In this document: piece by piece, positions 46,285 to 60,316 of the stretch
How the letters are laid out: every line of letters begins with the position of its first letter
Position numbering within the stretch: the stretch's first letter is position 1
Source: Callorhinchus milii
Taxonomy: Eukaryota
Assembly (NCBI RefSeq): GCF_018977255.1
Contig: NW_024704743.1
Location: 25,732,001 to 25,796,000, forward strand
Reading direction: 5' to 3'
Length of the DNA stretch: 64,000 bases
Position numbers and translations under genes: made by a program
Notes under the pieces: generated by a model
The model's input: only the letters and a program-made list of their open reading frames with translations
The model's database searches: none
Told to the model about the DNA's origin: nothing

Positions 46285-46641
46285 CCTTGTACGCCCTCGC
46301 ACCTCCCTGTGTATCCGATTTGCTTACCCCCCCCCCCCCCACCCCACTCCACCACCGCTCCGCTCGGCTGGCTCCAGCCTCCTGTTCATCTGTCCCCCCC
46401 TCCATTCCACCATCGGCGGCTTTGCTTTCAGCTGCTACGCCCCGAAGTTCTGGACCTTCCTCCCTCTGCTTTGACCCCTCCCCATTTTCAAATCCCGCCT
46501 AAAGACCTTCCTTCTTGATCGTGCTTATGGTCACCTTCTCTCTTCCTCTTCCCCTGGGTCAGAGTCAGACTCCACCACTATCAAGTGCTCCAGGATGCTA
46601 CTCTGCATGAAAGGCGCTATATAAATGCGAGTTGTTGTTGT
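46285..46641 (+). mobile_element. L2 3' fragment (related to 23075-23512)
   Basis: STIGGFAFSCYAPKFW peptide; (TTG)n tail. Confidence 0.85.
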
Positions 46642-47129
46642 GTTTCAGACTACTGAAACTAGTGAAATGTAAGTCCATTTTGTTTGGCAAATGATTTCCC
46701 ACTGTCTCTTCGTTCTCTGCAAATAACTAGCTCCCAGCTGGTGCTAACCAAGAGGTCATGGAAATAACTAGCCTTGAGGAGGCGCTGCAAATAAATGTTT
46801 TAATGTCATGGAGAGGGATGGTGGACTATAAAAAAGTAAGTTCTTATCTGCAAAGGTCCCAGGATTGAAAACTCTGCTAGAAGCTTAACACGTTGGTTTT
46901 CAAACTAGGTTTGTCCTTCTATTTGTTAGGAAGTATCACAATATTGACCTCTCCATTTCCACTTCACTTCCTTCCTCTAGACAAGGGTCTGGCCTGCACT
47001 CAATGATCAGGAACTCAGCGAGGAGAGAGCTCTAGGCGCCAAGCCTCTTTACAATGCAATGCCCTAACACTAAAAATTATTGATTTGAAAAAAAGACGTA
47101 TGATTGATGGCGCAAAAAACACGGTTGTA

Positions 47130-47510
47130 GCAGTCCTAAAGGCTATTGGTTCAGTTGCCTTGCACGTTTGTTTTCCTTAGGCAAGTTTCCTCGCTCCTCA
47201 CGCCTCTGTTAACCTAGTAGTAAGTAGGAACCCGTTGTTAGTCGATTGACAGATCACTTTCCAGGAGTAATATTCCCTTCAATAAATAAATAATTTGATC
47301 ACTCAATGCATGACTATTTGTGGGACACTGCTGTGCGCAAATAGCTGCCGATTTCGCCCACAAAAAAAATGCAGTTTACACTTTACAACAACAAAATTAC
47401 ATATGTATAGCACCTTTCACGTCGGGACTTTACAGTATATTCTGGTAAAAGTTTTGAGACATCTCAATGTCATGATGAGGCACTATATCAATTGCAAGGA
47501 TTATTATTCT
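47130..47510 (+). mobile_element. Family A SINE with a 39-bp antisense L2-tail insertion
   Basis: Deu core; insert at 47388-47426 flanked by ACTTTACA on both sides. Confidence 0.8.
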
Positions 47511-47959
47511 TGAAGCCTATAAGTCATTCTTTTAAAAAAAGATTGGGGTCTAAAAAAGATTTGTAAACAACGATTCCTGCAGGTAACTGAATGTGTGTGT
47601 GCCGACTTCCCATCGGTCAACATGACATATATCTAGCCATCACTAGGATTCAATATTTGCGAATCCAAATGCGGGACAAAGTTACTCAGCTGGTCAATGT
47701 GTTAAACCTCCAGCAGAGTCTTTGGTGTGGGCTAATTTTAGCTGTTCCAGCGTTAATCTTCAGGAATTCTGCTTGGTGGAAAACTCCCTGATATGATGAG
47801 ATGTCACGAATAATGATTGTGTTACGCACTCATCATACCCAAGTGATGCTGTAATTGGCAATTTAAAGATGAAAGCCAAGGTCAAGTCTTTTATCAATCA
47901 GTTCATACTTGCTTTGTGGCAGGAGCTCTGTGAGCAGATAATAAGCCGAATCGATAACA

Positions 47960-48128
47960 ACTTTTAGGAGAGAAGCCTAGATAATTATTTGGGGAGGAGA
48001 AGTTTGCAGGGCTATGGGGAGAAAGCGGGGGAGTGGGATTGATTTGGATAGCTCTTTTCAAAGAGCCAGCATGGACACGATGGGCCGAATGGCCTCCTTC
48101 TGTCCTGTGTAATTCTATGATTCTATGA
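47960..48128 (+). mobile_element. CR1 3' end
   Basis: GATGGGCCGAATGGCCTCCTTCTG followed by (ATTCTATG)2. Confidence 0.87.
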
Positions 48129-49167
48129 AAATGAATGCCGTGGGGTCAAATTAATGGTATTTCTTAAAGTATTTCTTGTTGAGCAATGTTACTTCAAGTG
48201 GCTATTCCTTCCAGTAACTGGAATAAATGACCCATGTTGTTCCAATTTGAGGTAAGTGCTGCTCTGAAAATAGTTTGAATCAGAGGAACATTGATGTCAC
48301 AGATTTCTATCAGTTAAAAAAAATATAAAATCAAGTGCTGTATTTTTATTGCAGCTCTCCGGTTTTATAGCGTTTTATAAAGTGTATCGTTTAGTACTCC
48401 ACAATGTTTGAATCCAATCCATCGTTGGCAAAGTCGCTCAAACTTCAGCATCTCAGTCAACTGAAGGTCATTTTCAACCACTCGTAGTTTAGTATTTAAC
48501 TGATCTCAAACTTGCTCGCTTTCATTGATTTTTATCCCCCAGCAGTGTTCTTCAGCTGGGAGGATGTTCCAACAAGTTTAATTGTTGTGCCAGCACACAA
48601 TGCCACAGAGTGCTTCTGTTTTCTCTCTGTCGATAGTTTCTTACTGGCTTGTAACGCAATAATGATCTTGCGGATTGCTCTGAATAGGGTAATATTATCG
48701 TACCTTTACAACTAATTGCACATCTTGGCAGTAAAAGTGATGCCTGGTTTAGCTTAGCAGTCGAGTGGAGACTTCAGGTGATGGATTTGGAGCTGACTGG
48801 ATGCCAACAGCTCTCAAAGAGAAATCCGGTTTGCACTGGCTCAAGAGTGTGAGGAAGTTGAATTAATGCGTACGTTTGGAGCCAAAGTATCCTTAGCCGA
48901 CATCAAAAAAAAATTCAATTTGAAGTTTAAAAGATTCAGTGGCCCTTAAGTTTTTCAAAAGTATCAAAAACTTTCGAAATGGCGACGTAATAATAAATTC
49001 AGCCAGGAGCATGCCATGAACCTAATGCCACATTACATGAAGATTCATCTCATCCCCCGAACATGCACACACACACGCACACAGGTGAGCACCCACACAC
49101 ACACACACACTAGTGGTAGTGCTTCTGGTGCGCATTACCTTATTTGATTATTTCAATTATTTCACAA

Positions 49168-49400
49168 TTTTTCACCCAAAGGATAGTGGAAATCTGGAAC
49201 TCTCTCCCCAAAAGGCTGTGGTTGCTGGATCCATTCACATGTTCAAGACTGAGGTGGAGACATATTTCTTAGGTCAGGGTATCAAGGGATATGGGGCAAG
49301 GGCAGGTAATTGGAGTTGAGATGCAGGTCAGCCATGATCTTATAGAATGGTGGAACAGGCTCGAGGACTGAATGGCCTACTCCTGTTCCTATGTTCCTAA
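49168..49400 (+). mobile_element. CR1 3' end (same family as 43510-43752)
   Basis: Tail GAATGGCCTACTCCTGTTCCTATGTTCCTA. Confidence 0.85.
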
Positions 49401-50096
49401 AAGATTTGGAGTTATTAGGTGAAGTGAGAGATGTGTTAATGGAACCATATAACATTTGATAGACCAATGGTCTTCTTCTGCCTGAAAGTGTTCTGAAATA
49501 ATCCATCCCCATCCCACCCCCCCACCCCCACCCCCCCGCCCTACCACTATTTTGGAATAAGGGAAGTAAGCCCCTTGAGCTCAGTGAAATACTGTGAGGT
49601 GCTATTATCTTGCTTTCCTGCTTCGAGTTGCTGTTGGTTTTGAAGTGGGATCGGCTTTTCAGGTGCTGCTTTATAAGAAACGATTTATTTGAGTCATTAT
49701 CCTGCAAAGCTGCGATGAAAGGCCTTGATGCAAGATCCTAACTGAACTTTAGGCAGTATTCCTGTACAACTCTGAGACAGAGAGCTCTTTGAAAAGTTAA
49801 ACTCCTAAAAGCATCAAGATTAACTCTCATGTCTCTTTTACTATTCACATTCACATTATTGTCTATTACTTGGTATTATTTTTTGTTTAAACAGTGAGCG
49901 ACTCCTGGTGACATAGTTTGCACTGGCTATGGGGTGAAAGGAAGCTGAATTAATGCGTACAAATGGAGCCAAAGTATCCTTAGTTAATAACTGGCTCCAC
50001 TGATGTCAACTCAGCTCCACTACAATGCTGGCTTCAGTTACTCAGGAAAGGTTAGAGTCCCTCACAGTGTTATCATCGCTCACTGTTTAGGTAAAG

Positions 50097-50466
50097 TAAT
50101 AATAATAATAATCCTTGCATTTTATATAGCGCCTTATTACTTCTTCGCGGCGTCTCAAAGCGCTTCACAATATATACTGTAAAGCGTAGTGACTGTGTGT
50201 TTTGTGGGCAAAACACGGCAACCAATTGCATACAGCAGTGTCCCACAAACAGTCAGGGATTGCGTGACCACATTATTATTATTTTGAAGGGATTATTACC
50301 CCGGAAAACGATCTGCTAATCGACTAACAATCGGGTTCCGACTTACAACTGGATAAACAGAGGTGTGTGTGTTGGTGGAGTAAGAAAACTTACCTGCCCA
50401 GGAATCAAACCTGGGTCCTCTCGCTTGTGAGGCTAGCGCTCTAACCACTGAGCTACAGGACTCCAC
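50097..50466 (-). mobile_element. Family A SINE, full length
   Basis: tRNA head, Deu core, (TTA)n tail. Confidence 0.9.
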
Positions 50467-53199
50467 ACACATAGAGAGACACACACACAGTCACACGTAT
50501 ATAGAGATACACACACACACATAGAGAGACAGACACATAGACACGCAGACTCATCCACAGACTCTCTCTCACTCTCTGTAAAATGTTGAAACAACATCAG
50601 CAATGGAAAGAACAAAAGGGAAATTTCTGTTCATACTAACTCTTTGAGGAGTCCCAAGGGTGAGAGACTCTATTGAAGTTAACAACACAATAGTCTACTG
50701 TAAAGACCCCACTGGCTGTAAAGACGCCACAGAACAATTTTCCAAAATTAATGACTTGATTAGAAATAGAAGCAGTAGTAAAACAGCTCTGGCAGAGAGT
50801 TCCTGAATGGGGAATTACTGCATTATCAGTAGCCTTCACTGACATTGTTCAATAACATCTCTGATGTTTGTTATAGCCTTCGGCTGAGGTACATTTCCAT
50901 TGCCCCTGGAGAGATATCAGTGCTCATGTTATCGCTCATGAAATCTAGCATGTGTTCAAGAGAAATCTGAGGATGCTGCAAAGAAATGTCAGGTCGGGTG
51001 GCTCAAATGTGTCGCTGGAGACGTTTTGAACTTTGCACTTTGAAATGTGTTGCACACGCTGAAGGCATCAAGTACTTCAATGTGGTTGATGGTTCATTAA
51101 AGCCATTTCCTGTTTTAGACCAACCATTTTAAACTGCCATCAACAGAGGTGAAAGTGCCTTTTATCGTGCTCCAGGCATTGTGTACATGCACATCAGTCA
51201 CTCAAAAGTCCACGCACTCAGCAGCACTTAACACTGTATATATAGGGTACTAACAAGAGGATCATAACATGCCACTGATAGTCCACGAGTGAGCCTGATA
51301 ACTCCTGAGTGATGAAGTGAGCCGTGACACTTGTACGTGATTGATTCCTCCAGTGCGGATACCTGTTACACTGTTGTTTACAGACTTTTTTTTAGAATTG
51401 AAATACCACTTGGTTCAGACAGGTAACTAAGGTCAACAAAGCACTCCACAGGGTTAGAGCCTTCTCTGGCTGGGAGGTTGTGGGCGAGGAGGGGTGGTGG
51501 GGGTTTGGGGGGTCAGCAAGAAACTTCTGCAACATCACCAGAACAGAAAAATGCTGCGAGTCTTCAGGAGGCTGATCAGCATTTGAAAGAGAAAGACGGG
51601 TTGTGGGTGACCCCATCCTCAGGCACTTTCCAAACATTAACCGGACTTCCTTCTTTCAGAACCCCGGGAGGCCCACTGTGCATTTCCAGCATTTTTTTGC
51701 TCATTCGCTCACTTCATGGCTGTCTGGGAGACGTTGCTGTGATGCCAATCGGACAGTTGGGTGGCAACAACAACAACAGCTTGCATTTATACAGTGCCCT
51801 TCAGAACAACATCAACAAGTATGCCACCACACAGGAGGGTCTGAAATAACACTGCTTTTGTCAGAGTTGTACTATATGTGGGGCAAATGTGCAGTATGTG
51901 ATCTGATAACTGTTGCATCGCATCCTGTAAATTTCCTCACATAATATATATATGCTGTGTAATAAAAAGTGGGATTCACTCTGCACCAGCCAGTAACATA
52001 AGGCTCCATTTCAGTTGCAGAAGGCTTCCATGCTCACAGTGACACGCTTCCCCCCTACCTCCCACCCTCACCCACCGGCAAAAAAATCCAAGGGGAAACA
52101 CCGAGCTGATCACAGCCAAAAGATGAAACATCTCATCCTGTCAAAGAATAATGCGGTCTGCAATGTGTTACAAGCCAGATGTTGTTGAGGTGATGCTGAT
52201 AAGCTTTCCTCTTACCGTTCATGGCATCATCTCAATCCCTTGAGACGTGACAGCACCACCTTCCAAAACACCCTCCAGACACCATGTTACGGTATGGAGT
52301 AAAAATGTGAGGTTTCATAAACGGATTGGATCTAATCTGTTATGAAAGATTGCATTTTTCACCTCCGTGTCCGTGTATGGCAGTGAACTATAAATCACTG
52401 TGTCAGATTCCGCCCACTCTGTTCGTACTGTAAGATTTTATTTTGCTTTTCTTTTTCTCTTTTAAATGCCTATTTAACCTGGCAGGAGATTCAGCATGTT
52501 TGGTACTGCGGCAGGCAGAGCGCTCTTTATGTTTCACAGGCGATATTACCTGCTGAGGCTTTACAGTCCTCAGATTAGTATCAGTTAAAACCCTGCTACA
52601 TTTCAGCCTGTGTGAGCTTTAACTAATGAAATCTAAGCTCTAAAAACAGCCAGTGTTTGAAAATAGGACCAGTCAGACTTTTCCCTGATATCATTCCAGT
52701 GAAAATGTTCTAAATGTTTATTTACACAACGTGTGTAGAGTGTTGACTGGTGGTCTGTGCCTTCACCAGAAGTTGTTTTATATATAAAATCGTCTCGCCA
52801 GGAATAGTTTAATTTTTAAAATAAACTACGAGCTCCTGACGTGACTGTATATGTCTGTGTCTGTGTGCGCAAGTTTTTTTTAAGAAAGTGAAACATTACG
52901 AATGACTCTTTTTTTATACATAAAAGGTGGTTTTAATGACATTTCTGCTATTTTCCTGCTGCATTTGCCTGAGTGTGTGTTTCTCACTTACAATAAAGTG
53001 GAATTAAATAGGCAGAGTGTGACGTTATAAATATACTTTAAACTCTGACATGCCTGAAACATAGAAAGTTCCTGCATAGAAAGAGGTCCTTTCAGATCAT
53101 TGCTACATTTACCTGGTTTCTAAATCACTTTTTTAAAAAATAAATCCTGCTTTGTATCTCTCTCCTTGTATCCTTCAATTTTTTTTACTGTTTGGATGC

Positions 53200-53553
53200 T
53201 GTGGAGTCCGGTAGCATAGTGGTCACCTTGCAAGCAAAAGGGCCCAGGTTTGATTCCCAGGTGGAACAAAAACCTTAGGTCAGTTTCTTTACTCCACACA
53301 CCTCTTAAAAGTAGGAACCTGGTTGTCAGTCGATTAAGGCATTGCTTTCCGGGGGTAGTAATCCGTTTAAAAAGAAATTTGCTTACTCAATCCACGCCTG
53401 TTTCTGGGACACTGCTGCGTGCAATTGATTGCTGCATTTCTTCCACAAAATATACAGTCAAATCCACTTCAAAGTCTATTCTGTGAAGGCGTTTTGAGAC
53501 ATCTCAACGACATGATAAGGTGCCATACGAAATGCAAGGATTATTATTATTAT
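53200..53553 (+). mobile_element. Family A SINE
   Basis: tRNA head, Deu core, (TTA)n tail. Confidence 0.87.
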
Positions 53554-56500
53554 TTCCTTTTTTGAGCAATTCTGAACATAGATTGTGGATCGTTTCTGAA
53601 CAAACCTGTTGCATAAGCAAAATGCTCCTCATAGCAATAGTTTGCTGAAGATAAAGCACTCGAATCCTGGCCAACAAAACATCTCTGAGCATTTTTTGAA
53701 GGTTCATTTTCCAAAGAAAAATCTCCGGTCCCTGACCCATGTCTTCTTTTGAAAGAGAAATACTGTGCCAATATCAATTGAACATGGAAAGAAACCAGAA
53801 ACGACAATCTCAGAGCGAGACAAACAAATAAATTCACTTGGTGGTGGGAGAGAGGAGAAGGGGGATGGGGGAAGAGAGACACAAAGGGAAAGCTAAATCT
53901 CCTTCAAAATTCAAACTTTAAAGTTCAATATTATCCAGTGTTGTTTCTGACAGAGCAGAGAACTCCACTTGAAAGTATAGCATTAAAGCGCTTCACGGGG
54001 AAAGGATGAAATACTATTTATATGCCCGTGAGTGAAACTGACCCAAGGTCACCCTGAGGGGTAGAAACATAAACAGTATTTCATGAGACCCTCTGAAGTG
54101 TGCCTTTTAATAGTGCGCATTAAAATGTATTCACATGAGCCAGTAATAAATGGAGTAAGCTTTTTTTTATTAAACAAACCCCTTTGCTTTCAAGTGTGTG
54201 GAAACAGTGAGCCACTTGAGCTGCCTGGTGATATCATGAGGAAATGGCTTTGACATTCAAGAACTTACTGCAGCAGCCCTTTTGAAAAAAGGCAAACTGT
54301 GTTTTAATTGAAGTTTGAGAAATATAAAGGGAAAAAACTCCCTGTGGAAATGGCAGGTCTAGTTGTAGTAGCAATACAACTGGTAGTAGTTGTAATACGA
54401 ATTCAACTTAGTATTGAGTTAGTATAACTCATAAGTAAACTGTGGTTTACTTCCGTTTTGTGGTAGACAATTGACAAAAAAAAGGATCTCCCTCAGATGA
54501 ATGCCAGCAATATCTTGGACTGTGTATATTGTTCATCGTGGGCTCAGAAAACGTTGTAAAGTAAAACTGGTATTAAACTCTAAGGCGCTATAAATAAAAG
54601 CAATCCTCTGAATGAAAGTCTGTACGCTATTTCTTTTGTAGCCAGGCGTTTTGCACAAATCTGAATGTTTAGGTGCTGCATTTGACTGCAATGTTTCAAT
54701 CAATTATAATCCAATCTGTCCAAACACTGGAAAAAGTTGTGATCGACAACTTTTGAACTGTTCAGAGGGTGTTCCGGTTGACAATTACTCAGGTTTTTGC
54801 AGCAGGTCTGTGCATTGGAACAAGTAAATGACATTGAAAGAGAGCTGCTGGGATTAAAACCAAGGGACAAGCTACATAGAGTGTCGTTGGCGTTGTATCA
54901 ATGCAAGGATTATTATTATTATTGTCCAGATCTTCTCCTGCACAAGCCTGACGCTGCTGCAGTGCTATAGACCTCTTACACTCGCTGTTCCTCAATGGAG
55001 GCGGATGGCGCTGCCTTTTGTGTGAGTGCCAATGTTTTCTTTGGATCGCTTGCAGTGAGGTCTGATTATTTATGAACTGGGAGGACGTGAGTGTTATGCT
55101 TCTGGTGCCTATTACTCACGTCTGAATGTCAGACACCCAACGCTTGACATTTAGAGCTCTAGTTCTTTTTGATGTGTGTTACGAAAAGAGACTGGGCTCT
55201 CAATCCAGCCCCAACTGACGGTGCTTAAATACAATCCCTGGTTACTTTAAAACAGACATCAAAGGTATATTAGCTACCATTTGCATCATTAGGGAGCAGT
55301 ATCTCAGCCTCAGCAGGGCCCCTGAGTGGAAGTCAAAAGGATATCTATGCCAAATGGTGGTTGTAAAACCCTTCAGTGAAAGTGTTGTACCCACTGTGTT
55401 AAACATACTTATTTTACTTTTTTGTCTTCCTGCTCCTGCGGTACCTCCCACTGGCTCTTATTGTTGGGCAGCAGCTTGGCTACTGAGATCCAGCGCCTTA
55501 GGACGTCCTCTCGATGTGAAAGGCACTATAAAAATGTAATTTGTTGTTGTTCTGTGAATGTCATTCTGAGAGACGAGAGACATGGCCCAGATCAATTCAC
55601 AGCTTGTGACACTCTGCCCATTCCCCGATGGCTCTGTCCAGATGGGAAATTTGTTGTACAAGGAATACAACAACAACTTGCATTGATATAGTACCCCTCA
55701 TCCAGGGTAATGTTCCAGAGCGCTTAATACAGGCTACAAACCAATAGCCTGCTGCTCCCTGCGGCAAATCTACTCCTCTGTGCCATTCCTAACCACATGC
55801 CATATTTGCAACGCTTTTCCACATCGTTTAATGTCACAACCGACCACATCCCATTTTGTGCTCCCAGCCTAAGGCGTTGGTTGAATCTATGTGCTGTTTT
55901 ACTCTACCTAGTGACAACATGGTCTTAAAACTCAATCCTGCAGGGAGGGAGAATTAACTATCTGGTAGCCGGAAGCATTATTTTACCGTTGGCAAAATGT
56001 TGGAAGCCATATTTACGATAAACAAAAAGTGCACAGCAAACCCACTTAAACATGTGGAACCGTGATTGTTTCTTTAAGTGCAATACCCAGCCTGGGGGGC
56101 TGGGGGGGCGTGGTGGGGGGAAGTTGGCCACAGTAGAATTTTTCCCTGGGGAGGGGTAACTTTACTGCTGCTGTTGGTTTATAATTCTTCTGGCTTACCA
56201 ACGCACACTCTGGGGTCCCCAGGCCTTGGCTCTTCCCAACCTGCACCTCATACTTTCTGGAATTAGGTAATCAGGATGTGTCCCTCCAGGAAGAGAGTGC
56301 ACATTCCATTCCAGCAATCTATGTGTATCTCTGGAATTTGGCAGGAATCAGAGGGAAAGCGCAAATTGGTCGCTGGGCCCACTTGGAAGCCATGGTATCT
56401 TCAAAGGGAAAGACAACAGCCAGAGCGTGTCATCACTTGAGGACGTGGCAAAGTTGGTGCGGAACAAGGAGTGTCAGGTTAACGGCTGGGGCTGGGAACA

Positions 56501-56659
56501 GCACAGCAAGCGGAATCCTCGACTTCAGGTAAAGCTCGAGCCAATACGACTTTTTCTACTGAATTTCGTGAGAACATTACACAGCATCAATCAGTGACTA
56601 ATGTTGCCTAGAGGTCAGTCTGGCTCAGTTAGCAGCACTCACGCTCCTGAGTCACGACG

Positions 56660-56948
56660 TAAAGTAAATTGACTGTATATTTTGTGGGCAAAATACAGCA
56701 GCCAATTGTGCACAACAGTGTCCCACAAACAGTCGTGGATTGAGTGACCCAATTTGTTTTTGGAAGTAATTTTATTACCCCCGGAAAAGCAATCCAGCAG
56801 TCGACTGACAACTGGGTTCCTACTTACTTCTGGGTAAACAGAGCTGTGTGGAGTAAGACAACTTGCCCAACATTTCTCCCTGCAGGGAATCAAACCCAGG
56901 TCTCTCGTTTGCGGGGCAAGTGCTCTAACCACTGAGCTAAGGACTCCA
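56660..56948 (-). mobile_element. Family A SINE lacking its tail; abuts a plus-strand family B head at about 56614-56655
   Basis: tRNA head and Deu core. Confidence 0.85.
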
Positions 56949-57524
56949 ATGGTGCTATGTGACACCAGCCAGCCCTGCAGTGTATTGCTGCTGAATCTAT
57001 ATTCACACCTTAGGTCCTCACATCTTGTAATGTTAGTGAGCTTGCGATAGATCAACAAGGCAAAGAAAGTAGGGTCTGACACGATCGAGGAAGGTTTTTT
57101 GGGGGGAGAGTTGCTTATTTGCCATCCTGCATAGAGGTCAAAAGAGAAAGCAGCAATATCTAATGAATAACCCACAATAAATTTATAAGGTCATTTAATT
57201 TTTTCTATGAATATAAAGTGATCTGAAATTATAAGATATCCAAGATTGGCAGAATGCCCATCACAGGGTCAGAGGCTGGAGCCATCCTTAAACCACAATG
57301 GCTTTTGCCTGACATGGCTTTGAGAAATTAAGAAGATAAAATGTGAGAGGTTGCAAAGCGCTATACGAAGAAAAATCTATAACGAACAAACTTTCAAATG
57401 GTTAATTTCAATGCAGCAGTGCCATTGCACCAATGATTGCATTGGTGAAGAGCTTGAAAAATCACAAATTATTTTCATCCCAATATTTTCTATGAGTGGG
57501 TAGGAGGTAAGGGACACAATTTCA

Positions 57525-57950
57525 CAAGATCACAAGATTGGTTTAGATGAAGAAAGCCCTTCGGCCCAATTGATCTCCTTCACCTTCCTCCCATCAGAGC
57601 ATTGAACTGTTATTAAATGACTCCAGTGACCTGGCTTCAATGCCCACTCCTGGTTATCTGTTCTAGTCTTTAATTACCTCCTGGGTAAAGAAATATTTCC
57701 TGGTGGCTCTCTTGCCCTCTTTTGTTCTGCTGTTTGGGCACATCTGAAAGTATGATTCTGTTGTTCTGAATTTACTTTCTCAATCCCATTTAAAACCTTT
57801 TGTATCTTTATAACGCTCCTCCCCTCCCCGAGTCATCTCTCTTAAAGACTAAAGACCATTGGCCTGCCTTATCATTAATCACAGTTCTTTGCTCCAACAC
57901 TGGATATTTTCCTTGTTGCTCTTCTCTGCACTGAACCTATGGCCAGGTCA
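57525..57950 (-). mobile_element. Degenerate CR1 3' fragment
   Basis: Reverse complement of a CR1-type tail (TTGGGCCGAAGGGCTTTCTTC..CTTGTGATCTTGTG). Confidence 0.6.
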
Positions 57951-59949
57951 GCCAATACAGGTTGAGTATTTTTTTGCAAGCAAACTTAAAAAAAATTTGA
58001 TTTTTTTTTACAAGGACAATCCCTTTAACGTTTCTTAATAAGCATATATTTGTAAATAAGAACATAAGTACCTAAGAAATGTTAGACAAAAAAAGAACCA
58101 AGATCCATCTAGTTCGTCTTCCATCTTCCTGGTGGTCGCATGCACATATGTCCCAAACTACCCATGATGTTATTTCCTAAAAGAAAACTATCTAACCTGT
58201 GTTTCAAATGACACCAGCAAAACAAGTCTACCAGCCATAGTGTTCTTTTATCACATCGAGCCCAAGCAGTCAGTGCATGAACCCGAGCTTTAGTCATAGT
58301 CTCCCCCAGATCTCACAGGATGAGAAGGGTTGTTTGGATCCAGAGTTCCATTGCTACGTAAAATGGCTCTCTGTCCCCACTCCAGGGAGTGCTGTTGGAA
58401 GTAAGGCCAATTATGGGCTAACTGACCTGTGCGATCGGATTGGATCTGTTCCACTATATAAGCAGCCAGTGACCACTTTTGTTGCTCGCTTCCAAAAATG
58501 CACTCTCAGAACAAGGTTGCTATTTATCAGATCTTTTTTCCATAGCCATGGCTACCCTGCACCTGCCTCACTTTCCACATCAGACGAGGAAGTAGTCTAA
58601 CTTCAGAGGAGTAGCGTTGTTTATATTGCTGGCAGTCAGCAGCAATGTGGCTGGCCTCTGCCATCAGACACAGGAGACAATCCAGTGACCTCCAGTTCTC
58701 CAAAGCTAAGCACGCCTGAGTCTGCGCTCAGGGCTCTAATAGATCTCCCCCCCGAGCCCTTTGAACAATGAGCAAGACAATCTCGCAGGTATCTGCACTT
58801 TCATTCAAGACATGGGAAAATTCAAAATTTTATTGGAGAAGAGATTTTCCCTATTAATCTAGAATAGGGGAGGAAGAATTCCACCTATATATTTGCAAAC
58901 TTAAGGCCAATATATTTCTAATAATATGTGTGGGACAGAAATAACAGGGTGAAATTTCTGACATTTCATAATGTATTCCTTGCAAATTTGCCAGTCTAGT
59001 GGCTCCAGACTCCAGACAGTGGTCATTCTCCAGATCCTCTAACCTTCAGCTGAGGTGAGATTTGTTTGCAAAAGTGATTATAATAATAATGATAGTCCTT
59101 ACATTTGATGTAGTGCCTTAACACATCTTCGAGACTTCTCAAAGCGCTTCACAGATTATACTGTAAAGTGAATTGACTGTATAATTTGAATGATTAAGAA
59201 CATATAAAGGCCATTTTAGTCACCCTCGGAGCTCTTCAATGACATAAAAATGAACTAGCCAGGGATCATCAGCTGAGCTCTCCTCAAGCCTCAGCCAATG
59301 AGATTTTGGAGAGGGAAATATAAACCAGGTCTTTTGTTCCTAATGGCTCTACTGGAAGCCTCTGGCAGAGTAATCACCCTCTCCTGGCCTGGTCATCTGT
59401 CCCACGAAACGTGTCCTATTTTGTTAAGAAAATATTGGTGAGAAGAAATTAACCAACGACATGCATTTATATACATCCCTCATGTATGATAACTTCTCGG
59501 AACACTGTACATTGGCAGGATTGGATGCCAAACAAGGGAGAAGGGGGAGGCAGAGGCGACGAGAGGTGGGGTTGAAGTTGGATTTAAACATAGATTATGA
59601 GGGGGTTGAGGCAGAGAGATAGAAGCAGGGATAAACAAGGTGTAGACAGGGGAAATGTACGTTTTGTCCTGGGCTCATTCAGTCGATATTCTAGCAGGAA
59701 ATCTACAAAAGAATAAATCCATATCATTTACTTCTTAAGCTCCAGTTAATTGATGGATTACTTGATTTATAATCATGTCCTTTGGCTGCTTTACAATCTC
59801 ACACTGAGTGTTCAGATCCAGATCTTGACCACTGAGCCCCTCCAGGATTTAAAAGACTCGGGTTCGTCTCTGGCTCATGTACCTGGCAATGGAATATCTG
59901 AATCGGCTTAGTCCTCCAGGGTAGTTTTGATAGTCTAGTTCCTCAAACA

Positions 59950-60316
59950 GATAATAAACCTTGCATTTGATACAGCGCCTTGTCACGTCTTCGAGACTTC
60001 TCAAAGCGCTTCACAGAATATACTGCAAAGTGAATTGACTGTATATTCTGTGGGTGAAACGCAGCAGTCAATTGCACACATCAGTGTCCCACAAACAGTC
60101 GTGGATTGAGTGACCAATTTATTAATTTTTTTGAAGGAATTATTACCTCCAGAAAAGCGATCCAACAATCGACTAACAACCGGGTTCTTACTAACTGCTA
60201 GGTAAACAGAGGTGTGTGCAGTAAGGAAACTTGCCCAACATTTCGCCCTGCTGGGAATCGAACCTTTGTCTCTCGCTTGTGAGGTGATTGCTCTAACCAT
60301 TGAGCTACAGGACACC
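59950..60316 (-). mobile_element. Family A SINE, full length
   Basis: tRNA head, Deu core, tail. Confidence 0.9.
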
